Translations under genes and position numbers: made by a program
In this document: positions 17,601 through 24,242 of the stretch, one piece after another
How the letters are laid out: every line of letters begins with the position of its first letter
Numbering within the stretch: position 1 is the first letter of the stretch
Source: Elusimicrobiota bacterium
GTDB taxonomy: Bacteria; Elusimicrobiota; Elusimicrobia; UBA1565
Assembly (NCBI GenBank): GCA_043819795.1
Contig: JBDREN010000172.1
Location: 1 to 24,242, forward strand
Direction of reading: 5' to 3'
DNA length: 24,242 nt
Notes under the pieces: generated by a model
Told to the model about the DNA's origin: nothing
Databases searched by the model: none
What the model saw: the letters and a program-made list of their open reading frames with translations, nothing else

Positions 17601-20600
17601 CAAGGTCTCGATCCCGGACCTCACCATAGACGCCGACGACGTGATGTACGCCTTCTGGCAGTACGCGGACACCGGCTCCAACCGCTACGAGATCCGCCGG
17701 AGCTCCAAGCACGTGGACGACGCCTCCTGGGCGCCCTATCAGGTCATCTGGGCCACCGACGGAGCCGGGAACGAGACCCAGTACGCCACCTCGCGGTGGG
17801 CGAACTTCCACCTGAACTCCGGGAACCTGGACTTGGCCTGGATGGACGGGGCCAGCGTGCGCTACACCCACGACACGAACGTCAACCTGTCTCTCGGCAA
17901 GGTGGCGGATACCGTCCCTCCTGCGGCCGCCGGAGACCTGACGGCGGAGAGCGGCCCCGGCGACCTGGAGGTGACCCTCACCTGGAGCACCGCCGGAGAC
18001 GACGGCTACAGCGGCAACCTCGGCAGCTTCCTGCTGCCCGGCAAGTACCGGATCATGTACTCCACCCACTCGGACGCCTCGGACAAGGGGGGCTGGGACC
18101 GGGACAACTACGACATCGAGATCACGACCTACAACATCTCGCCGTTGAGCCTACAGACCCGCCTCGTCACCGGGTTCAGCGAGGAGGAGATGGTCCACTT
18201 CCGCCTGTGGACCCGCGACGAGGCCACCGAGGGCTGGTCGGGCATATCCAACAGCGCCAACGCCTACGCCCGAGTCCGCCCGGACGCCGCCACGGACCTC
18301 GCCGCGACCCAGGTATTCGCCTCCTCGGCGGCCTTCACCTGGACGGCGACCGGAGACGACGGGAGCACCGGCGACATCACGGGCGGCGAGTTCCGCATCC
18401 AGTACACCACGGACCCGGCCGACGCGGAAGACGCCGCCTTCTGGGACGAGGACGACGCCCAGGTCCAGGTCGGCACGGACACGACCCAGGGCTCGGCCCA
18501 AGGCTACACCGCGACCGGCCTGCTCGGCGGGGCCACCTTGTACTTCCGGCTCTGGCAGGGAGACGACATCCTCTCCTGGTCGGACCTCTCCAACGGGGCC
18601 ACGGTCCAGACCAAGCCCGCGGAGCCGGCCTACGCAAGCTTCACGGTGGAGACGACCAGCATCACGGCCGTCTGGACCGCGAACAACCACGGCAGCGTCC
18701 AGTACGACGTGGAGGTCTCGACCGCCTCGGACTTCGACCCGGTCCTCCACTCGAGCACGACCCAGAAGCTTTCGGTGCTCTTCGGCACGGGCGGCGAGGG
18801 CGGAGCCCTGGACCCGAATACCACCCACTACTTCCGGGTCAAGGCCCGCAACACCAGCGAGGAAGAGACCGCCTACATCGACCTGGGCTCCACGGCCACC
18901 CTGGCCGCCCTGCCCCTGGCCGGCGACCCGGTCTTCAGTTCGGTCGAGCTGTCGTCGGTGACCGTCGACTGGACCGCCGAGGGCAACCCGGGGGACACCG
19001 AATACACGGCCGAAATATCGACCAACGGCTTCGCCTCGCTCAACCTCTCGAGCGTGACGCTGAACGTATACGCGCTCTTCGGCACGGACGGCGAAGGAGA
19101 GGCGCTCGAGTCCGACCGGACATATTCTTTCCGGGTGAGGGCCGTCAACAAGAACGGCCTTTACACGGACTATACGACCCTCGGGTCCACCCTCACGCTC
19201 CTGGCCGCTCCCACCGGCCAGGCCCTCAGCAACGTGACCACGCTCTCGGCCACCTTCACCTGGTCGGCCAACGGCAACCGCGCCGGGACCCACTACGTGG
19301 CCGAGATGTCCCTGGCCTCCGATTTCTCGTCCATCGAGTTCTCGAGCGACACGATAAGGCCGTCGGTGCTCTTCGGCTCGGGCGGCGCCGGAGCGTCCCT
19401 GGATTCCAACACCACCTACTACTTCCGGGTGAAGTCCGTCGGCTTCGACGCCTCCGAGTCGGCCTTCACCACCGTGGAATCAACGATCACCCTTCCGGCC
19501 CTGCCCGGAACAGCCGCTCCGGTCTTCACCGACGTGGAAGTGTCGTCCGTCGCCTTCTATTGGACCGCCAACGGCAACCGCGCCCAGAGCGACTACACGG
19601 CCCAGGTCTCGACCGACAATTTCTTCACCCTCAATCTCTCCAGCACGACGAAAAACATCTCCGTGCTCTTCGGCCGGGGCGAGGGGGGAGGCGGGCCCCT
19701 CGACTCCAATACGACCCACTACTTCCGCGTGAAAACCCTGGGCTTCGGCGGCCAGGAATCGGCCTTCACCGCCAAGTTCTCGACCATCTCCCTGCCGGCG
19801 GTGCCCGGGACCGCGGATCCGGCCTTCACCGGCATCGAGGTGGATTCCGTGACCTTCACCTGGACCGCGAACGGCAACCGCATCCGGACCGACTACAAGG
19901 CCGAGATCTCTCTGGCCTCCGACTTCTCCTCCGTCGAATTCTCGAGCACGACGAAGAACCTTTCGGTGCTCTTCGGAACGGACGGCGCGGGCAGTCCTCT
20001 CGACGCGAACACGACGCACTACTTCCGGGTCAAGGCCCTGGGCTGGGCCGGGCTCGAGTCCGCGCCCTCCGCGAGCACGGCCACGCTCACCCTGCCCGCC
20101 GTGCCCGGGACCGCCGACCCGGTATTCACGGACGTGGGGGTCTCGTCCGTCACGTTCTATTGGACCGCGAACAGCAACCGCTCCCAGACCGACTACGCGG
20201 TCGAGATCTCCACAGACGCCTTCGCCACCCTCAATCTCTCCAGCACCACCAAGAACCTCTCCGCGCTCTTCGGCCTAGGCGAGGGGGGGGGGGGGCCCCT
20301 CGACTCGAACACGACCCATTACTTCCGGGTCAAGGCCATGGGCTTCGCGGACAAGGAGTCGGCCTTCGCGACCGTCCGGTCCACGATCACCCGGCCGGCC
20401 CTGCCCGGGACCGCGGACCCGCTCTTCACCGGCGTGGAGGTCGCTTCCATCACCTTCCAGTGGACGGCCAACGGCAACCGCGTCCAGACCGACTACGCGG
20501 TCGAGATATCCACCGACGGCTTCGCCACCCTGAATCTCTCCAGCACCACCAAGAACCTCTCCGCGCTCTTCGGTCTCGACGAGGGGGGTGGCGGGCCCCT

Positions 20601-23600
20601 CGACTCGAACACCACCCACTACTTCCGCGTGAAGGCCCTGGGCTTCGCCGACGAGGAGTCCGCCTTCACCGCCACGGTCGACACGATCACCCTGCCCGCG
20701 GCGCCGGGCGCGGCATCGCCGGTATTCACCGACGTGGAGGTTTCCTCCGTCACCTTCTATTGGACGGCGAACAACAACCGCGCCCAGACGGACTACCTGG
20801 CGCAGATCTCCACGGACTCCTTCGCGACGGTCAACGTGGCGAGCACCACGAAGAAGCTCTCGGTCCTCTTCGGCCTGGGCGAGGGGGGGGGCGAGGCCCT
20901 GGACGTCAACACGACCTATTACTTCCGCGCGAAGGCATTGGGCTGGGCCGATCCGGAGTCGGAATTCGCGGCCGTCCAGTCCACAGCCACGCTGAGCCTG
21001 GCGCCGGGAGGCGCCTCCCCCGTCTTCACGACGGTCGGGGACTCCTCGGCCACCTTCAGCTGGGCCGACGGGGGCAATCCCGCGGCCACGCTCTACGAGG
21101 CGCAGGTCTCCACCGACGGCTTCGTGAGCCTGAACGTCTCCAGCCGCACCGCGGACCTCTCCAAACTCTTCGGCGCGGGCGGGGCGGGCGAGTCCCTGAA
21201 CGCCAACACCCTGCATTACTTCCGGGTCCGGGCCGTCAACTTCAACAACGTGCCCTCGACGTTCGCGGCCGTCTCGTCCACCCTCACGCTGCCGGCCACC
21301 CCGGGCGAGGCCTCACCGGCCTTCAGCGCCATAGCCGTAAGCTCCATCACCTTCGCCTGGACCGCCAACAGCAACCAGGCGCAGACCGACTATACCGCCC
21401 AGATATCCACCGACGACTTCGCGACCGTCAACGTATCGAGCGCCACGAAGGACCTCTCGGTCCTTTTCGGCGAGGGCGGGGGGGGAGGCCCAGCCCTGGA
21501 CGTCAACACGACCTACTACTTCCGGGTCAAGGCCACGGGCTCGACCGGCATCGGGTCCGCCTTCTCGACCAGCCGGGGCACCTCCACCCTGACCCTGGCG
21601 CCCGGCGCCGGCTCCCCGCCCTTCAGCCTGGTCGGGGTATCGTCGGCCACCTTCCAGTGGACCGACGTGAGCAACCCCGCGGGCACGGAGTATGAGGCCC
21701 AGGTATCCACCGACAACGTCTTCGCGACCGTAAACCTATCGAGCCGGACCAAGAATCTCTCGGTCCTGTTCGGCCTGGACGGAACGGGCGTCAAGCTGCG
21801 CTCCAACACCACGCACTACTTCCGGGTCCGGGCGCTGAACCGCAACAGCGTGCCCTCCGGGTTCGCGACGACGCAGTCCACCGCAACGCTGGTCGGACAG
21901 TCCGTCGAGTTCCCTTATGAAGAGGATTTCGAAGGAAACCTGGACTTCTGGGATGTCGTCAAGAGTTTTGCGTCCCCGCCTTGCGGCAACACATGCCCCG
22001 CCGGAAACTCATACTGGGACCTCCGCTCCAGTTCCGCGATGGCGCCTTCCTCCATGAACCTGGATTTCAGCGACGGCCAGCCGAGTCCCAGTTTCGCGAA
22101 CGCGGCGAACCGGGTGTGCGGCGGCATCACCTCCATCAACATAGACGTAAGCGCCTCCACCGAGCCGTATCTGACCTTCTGGTATCGCTACGGCTCCGCC
22201 GACACGTATAACCCAGGAGCCGGCTGCGCATTCCCGGAAATGCTGCGTTGTCCGAACGACCGCGTGGACAACTTCGGCGCCTCTGTCTCGTCTACGACCC
22301 ACAGCTGCGGCACCAGATTCTTAGCCGTAGACGCCAACAAGCCCGAGGCTCTATCTCCCAACGACTACTATTTCGCCGCCTATCCCCTAAACGCGATCAG
22401 AGCCGAGAGCAGCACGATCACGGTGCGGTTCGGTTTCGATAGCTATGACGGCTCTGCAAACACAGGCTTCGGCATGGACATAGACGATCTTCATGTCGTC
22501 GAGGAAAGCACGCCCCCGGCCAAGGTCACGACGTTGGCCGCCTCCAGCACGACCTCCGCGGGAGAGATCGTGCTCTCCTGGGAGTCCACCGGCGACGACG
22601 GCTCCTCCGGGGACATCACGGCGCCCGGCGGAGGCTGGAGGATCCAGCTCACCACGGACTCCGCGTTCGCCGATTGGGACACGGCCACGACCCCGCCGTC
22701 GCACGTGCATACGATCCACATATCAACGGACGGCATCTCCCCGGGCACGCTCATATCGACATCGGTGGCGTCCAATATGGCCGACTTCTACACCACCGGC
22801 GCGATCGCCCTGCTCGGCGGATCCTCCTACTACGCGCGCGTCTGGGCCGGGGACAACATCCCCAACTGGGGAGAGGACCTCTCCAACGCGGCCACGGCCC
22901 AGACCCTGTGCTTCACGCCCAGCACGGACTCCCTGTCGGGGATCACCACGGGCAGCATCACCCTTAACTTCTCGGACAGCGGGAACGGCACTCCGGCCGG
23001 ATACCTGGTGGAGTACTCCACGAGGTCCGACTTCGTGCCCGTGTCCTCGTCCGCCTGGTTCCAGAACGCGGAGCAGAGCACGGGCACGATCATCGCGGGC
23101 GGCGTGGGCGGCCTCGACGCCAACACGACCTACTACCTGCGCGCGCTGGCCCGGAACTCGAACCTCCTGACGACCGCCTATTCCGCCCTCGCCGCGACGG
23201 CCACGCTCGCCGGAGCGCCGGCCACGGCCGCGACCACCTTCACCGTGGTCGGCCTCACCTCCGTGACCGTGGCTTGGGACCGCAACGGCAACGCGGTGGA
23301 CGTGACGACCTACACGGCCGTGCTGAGCACGGGTCCGAGCTACCCCAACGGCTTCTCCGGGAACGTGCCCTTGAGCACGGCTCCGGCCGGCGCCTCGCCC
23401 ACGGCCACGCTGAGCGGCCTGGAGTTCAACACCACCTACTATCTCTTCGTCGAGGCCGTGAACCACAACGGCCTGGGAAGCGGCTACACGGCCCTGGGCT
23501 CCACCGCCACCTTGACCTACCCGCCCGCCACGGCCGTCACCACCTTCACCCTAGTGGACATCACCTCCATGACCGTCGCCTGGGAGCGCAACGGCAACCT

Positions 23601-24242
23601 TGTGGACGTGACGACATACACGGCCGTCCTGAGCACGGGAGCCAGCTATCCCAACGCCTTCGTCGGGAACCTGTCGCTGAGCACGGCTCCGGCCGGCGCC
23701 TCGCCCACGGCGACGCTGACGAGCCTCGAGCCCAACACCACCTACTACCTCTTCGCCGAATCCCGCAACCACAACGGCAGGGGAAGCGGCTTCATAGCCC
23801 TGGGCTCCACCGCCACGCTGGCCTATCCGCCCGCCACGGCCGTGACAACATTCACCGTGGTGAATATCACCTCCATGACGGTTGCCTGGGACCGCAACGG
23901 CAACCCCGTGGACGTAAGCTCCTACACCGCCGTGCTCAGCACCGGATCCAGCTATCCCAACAGCTTCTCGGGAAACCAGACCCTGAGCACGGCTCCGGCG
24001 GGAGCATCCCCTACCGCCACGTTGACCAGCCTCGAGCCCAATACGACCTACTATCTGTATGTGAAGGCTACGAACCACAACGGCCTGGGGAGCGGCTTCA
24101 CCGCCCTGGGTTCCACCGCGACGCTGACGTTCCCGCCCGCGAGCCAGGATCCCACCGGGACCACGGCGAGCGCGTTCCAAGCCAACTGGACCGCCAACGC
24201 AACCCCGCCGACGTTACCCTATACGAAGCCCAGATATCGAGC
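11689..24242 (+). CDS. Giant secreted FnIII-repeat surface protein/adhesin (>4180 aa, 3'-truncated by the window)
   Basis: GTG 11689 overlaps the upstream stop (GTGA). Signal peptide MRSLRPFILLAALFAMAVPRLHA. Frame 1 reads as coherent Thr/Ser/Ala-rich beta-domains with no stop seen. Recurrent motif SSITFxWTANGN...TDYxAEISTDxF...LDxNTTHYFRVKA. Confidence 0.9.
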   Translation, partial: MRSLRPFILLAALFAMAVPRLHAASATNSPTSASGTNWTTPENITDGSYDTWAITPLSSQDYLKATGFAFSIPDGSTIEGIQVTVEANGTAAQATKRLHRLGLTKDGSLLAGTELLALALNKNTDTPVLHGGAADLWGTTWSPSDINSSNFGILIRDDDTSYDTLRFDDVIVTVYFAPPPIAFPFDSDFEGVLSSSWSVDMTPTPPAECNTAIVNGAVSWHINDSSAVASTQNLEFSDGAASPVFGNGANRVSGNVTSFNIDVSASTEPYLSFWYRFGSADTYTPSPGCTFPEALRCPGDTVDHFGASVSTAAHGCNTRFLSKAGGVVNTYTFASYPLSALRAEGDAITIRFGFDSYDGSSNTGFGATVDNVYVLEESTPPSHITSFFASSTTAGGELRLSWGSPGDDGMSGSITAPGGGWRIQLTTDTAFSSWSRSSAPPEHVHTLDISTDSIAAGTFVSMTVAANFNDYHTSSPIALLGAATYYGRIWAGDNIPNWSTTTSNAASGQTLPFTPSTDTLTGVTSGSLTLSFSNAGNSTTAQYLVEVSLESGFSSVSSSTWFQSTGTVPSFSTGSLSANTTYYLRVIARNTNLMQSAYSAVVTTITLPVEPGTADPAFTSVEASSITFQWTANGNGPGTDYVAEISTDDFSSVNVSSATKNLWALFGWGGEGDPLDPNITHYFRVKSVGSAGAASAYAATASTITLPALPASADTTGVYASSVTFAWAGGGNQDGTDYVAQISTDVFASVNFSSATKNLSVFFGDDAAGGPLQPNTTYDFRVKATGPGGESAFTGVVSAITVSAAPQDPALTDVEVSSITFTWSAGNNPPGTDFFADISTDDFSTVEFTSTTKNLSVLFGGAFGAWQPLVPNTSYYFRVKADSPYTGTVSTITLPALPLSATLSAVELSSITFSWAANGNPDGTDYRADISTDDFATVNLSSVTKNLSEIFGEYGAGDPLDSNTTHYFRVKAVGCGGAESVFTAAVSAITLPALPQSTALSAIGVSSITLSWSAENNHAQTDYVADISRNSDFSSVEFSSGTKELSALFGTGGAGGDLTANSTYYLRVKASGWAGEESAFTATLATSTLAAVPVSPALSAVEVSAITFGWAANGNPPAGTDYVAEVSTDSFATTNISYRTTNVSEIFGAGGAGEALRSDTRHYFRVKAVNHNGHSTAFAATQDDVTLPADPGAGDPDFGSIESSSITFRWTANNNAPDTDYRAQVSTDAFATVNLSSVTKNVSVLFGEGEGGGGDLTPDTTYYFQVRTEGRLGSNTDFSPSPSTATLTLPAVPGISPSTFTAVELSSITFQWTANGNPSYVDYEAEISTDGFATANVALSTKDLSVSFGEGGQGEALGSNATHYFRVRAVGRSGIASPYSTVESTVTLPAEPGTADPVFSDVQVSSVTFQWAASSNAAQTDYRAEISTDGFATVNVSSLTKAVSLLFGEGEGGGGALTPNTTHYFRVRTAGHGGLLTDFTATESTSTLAEAPASLSWSDLGEAQVRVNWSANGNPSSITRYEAELSTASDFDPVYQSSATWAVDALFTGLYPGTSHYSRVRAVNHGGVPSAYATQSSTKTLPRTDFVAPSSATAVTALTGFVKGSVKLSWTAPGDDGDSGDIGYGAYRIRYTNSPSATWDTAEGEVEWTTSTCAGCADGYLVRNLGPGTTYYFWIKVRDELPDNWSELSDKTTAWAGLYLDVIVHEDADTFAKEATAFSNSRDVVRGSDGRLWISYHVYSTKYEIWIASSSDNGETWRKHQLVAGANDHKFPTLAVDGDDNLHLVWTETSTPDKVWYKKYEAASGAWQSPTLLYNGDAETPSEDVDFVDNVYVCWDDSGRYVQYREFNLDEGVWSATVTVFDAGANDRIRFPAIDVDKNLRIHLFWTGKDASNNYHLYYSQYDGSFLPFETISTSTWLQELPALVLDSSETHHVIFYEQTGATAYQISYTSGSHGNWATPSAIASVSGANLKVSIPDLTIDADDVMYAFWQYADTGSNRYEIRRSSKHVDDASWAPYQVIWATDGAGNETQYATSRWANFHLNSGNLDLAWMDGASVRYTHDTNVNLSLGKVADTVPPAAAGDLTAESGPGDLEVTLTWSTAGDDGYSGNLGSFLLPGKYRIMYSTHSDASDKGGWDRDNYDIEITTYNISPLSLQTRLVTGFSEEEMVHFRLWTRDEATEGWSGISNSANAYARVRPDAATDLAATQVFASSAAFTWTATGDDGSTGDITGGEFRIQYTTDPADAEDAAFWDEDDAQVQVGTDTTQGSAQGYTATGLLGGATLYFRLWQGDDILSWSDLSNGATVQTKPAEPAYASFTVETTSITAVWTANNHGSVQYDVEVSTASDFDPVLHSSTTQKLSVLFGTGGEGGALDPNTTHYFRVKARNTSEEETAYIDLGSTATLAALPLAGDPVFSSVELSSVTVDWTAEGNPGDTEYTAEISTNGFASLNLSSVTLNVYALFGTDGEGEALESDRTYSFRVRAVNKNGLYTDYTTLGSTLTLLAAPTGQALSNVTTLSATFTWSANGNRAGTHYVAEMSLASDFSSIEFSSDTIRPSVLFGSGGAGASLDSNTTYYFRVKSVGFDASESAFTTVESTITLPALPGTAAPVFTDVEVSSVAFYWTANGNRAQSDYTAQVSTDNFFTLNLSSTTKNISVLFGRGEGGGGPLDSNTTHYFRVKTLGFGGQESAFTAKFSTISLPAVPGTADPAFTGIEVDSVTFTWTANGNRIRTDYKAEISLASDFSSVEFSSTTKNLSVLFGTDGAGSPLDANTTHYFRVKALGWAGLESAPSASTATLTLPAVPGTADPVFTDVGVSSVTFYWTANSNRSQTDYAVEISTDAFATLNLSSTTKNLSALFGLGEGGGGPLDSNTTHYFRVKAMGFADKESAFATVRSTITRPALPGTADPLFTGVEVASITFQWTANGNRVQTDYAVEISTDGFATLNLSSTTKNLSALFGLDEGGGGPLDSNTTHYFRVKALGFADEESAFTATVDTITLPAAPGAASPVFTDVEVSSVTFYWTANNNRAQTDYLAQISTDSFATVNVASTTKKLSVLFGLGEGGGEALDVNTTYYFRAKALGWADPESEFAAVQSTATLSLAPGGASPVFTTVGDSSATFSWADGGNPAATLYEAQVSTDGFVSLNVSSRTADLSKLFGAGGAGESLNANTLHYFRVRAVNFNNVPSTFAAVSSTLTLPATPGEASPAFSAIAVSSITFAWTANSNQAQTDYTAQISTDDFATVNVSSATKDLSVLFGEGGGGGPALDVNTTYYFRVKATGSTGIGSAFSTSRGTSTLTLAPGAGSPPFSLVGVSSATFQWTDVSNPAGTEYEAQVSTDNVFATVNLSSRTKNLSVLFGLDGTGVKLRSNTTHYFRVRALNRNSVPSGFATTQSTATLVGQSVEFPYEEDFEGNLDFWDVVKSFASPPCGNTCPAGNSYWDLRSSSAMAPSSMNLDFSDGQPSPSFANAANRVCGGITSINIDVSASTEPYLTFWYRYGSADTYNPGAGCAFPEMLRCPNDRVDNFGASVSSTTHSCGTRFLAVDANKPEALSPNDYYFAAYPLNAIRAESSTITVRFGFDSYDGSANTGFGMDIDDLHVVEESTPPAKVTTLAASSTTSAGEIVLSWESTGDDGSSGDITAPGGGWRIQLTTDSAFADWDTATTPPSHVHTIHISTDGISPGTLISTSVASNMADFYTTGAIALLGGSSYYARVWAGDNIPNWGEDLSNAATAQTLCFTPSTDSLSGITTGSITLNFSDSGNGTPAGYLVEYSTRSDFVPVSSSAWFQNAEQSTGTIIAGGVGGLDANTTYYLRALARNSNLLTTAYSALAATATLAGAPATAATTFTVVGLTSVTVAWDRNGNAVDVTTYTAVLSTGPSYPNGFSGNVPLSTAPAGASPTATLSGLEFNTTYYLFVEAVNHNGLGSGYTALGSTATLTYPPATAVTTFTLVDITSMTVAWERNGNLVDVTTYTAVLSTGASYPNAFVGNLSLSTAPAGASPTATLTSLEPNTTYYLFAESRNHNGRGSGFIALGSTATLAYPPATAVTTFTVVNITSMTVAWDRNGNPVDVSSYTAVLSTGSSYPNSFSGNQTLSTAPAGASPTATLTSLEPNTTYYLYVKATNHNGLGSGFTALGSTATLTFPPASQDPTGTTASAFQANWTANATPPTLPYTKPRYR
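13510..16440 (+). repeat. First tandem block of about 10 FnIII-like coding repeats (~270-300 nt)
   Basis: (H/Y)YFRV-type motifs near 13730, 14020, 14311, 14584, 14878, 15172, 15472, 15775, 16075 and 16354. Confidence 0.85.
18615..21900 (+). repeat. Second tandem block of 11 FnIII-like coding repeats (~300 nt)
   Basis: Motifs at about 18826, 19123, 19417, 19717, 20017, 20317, 20617, 20917, 21214, 21514 and 21814. The period is exactly 300 nt over 19417-20917. Confidence 0.88.
23209..24130 (+). repeat. Third block: three 306-nt FnIII-like repeats of a different subtype
   Basis: TTFTxVxxTSxTVAWxRNGNxVDVxxYTAVLSTGxSYPNxFxGNxxLSTAPAGASPTATLxxLExNTTYYL, with YYL at 23437, 23743 and 24049. Confidence 0.88.

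Noticed and set aside
15391..18069. Long minus-strand ORFs (also 9611..11305, 13348..14586, 1269..2765, 5068..6837)
   Set aside because: Antisense shadows of well-supported plus-strand genes, expected in high-GC DNA. They show no motifs.
17187..21695. 1502-aa plus-strand ORF, and similar ORFs at 12096..12761, 13155..13940 and 15315..17018
   Set aside because: Arg/His/Gly-rich shadow frames of the GC3-biased giant gene. Frame 1 carries the recognisable domains.
13510..24130. Repeats as a diversity-generating retroelement TR/VR pair or a collapsed assembly
   Set aside because: There is no reverse transcriptase in the window, differences between units are not adenine-specific, and the units are clearly diverged rather than identical.

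Overview
GC-rich bacterial DNA. The gene content suggests an Elusimicrobiota-like diderm, which is an inference only. In order, the left half holds the 3' end of a TonB gene, a minus-strand AbrB/MazE antitoxin plus RelE-like toxin pair with a clear promoter/operator, a GlpT/UhpC-type MFS transporter, a P-loop kinase-like hypothetical, a ~1020-aa signal-peptide protein ending in a nucleotidyltransferase domain, and three response regulators with no kinase in the window. Divergent from the regulators, behind an AT-rich region with an 11-bp-periodic array of PhoB/OmpR-like half-sites, lies a translationally coupled operon. It encodes a small T9SS type-B-CTD-like protein, a PorP/SprF/PorV-like beta-barrel fused to TPRs, and a giant secreted protein starting at 11689. 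The giant ORF is missing from the supplied track because it has no stop in the window (>4180 codons). It contains about 31 FnIII-like repeats, two copies of a MAM-like cassette, a BNR-type propeller and an in-frame G13 tract. This T9SS-like giant surface protein locus is the best candidate for an undescribed system.
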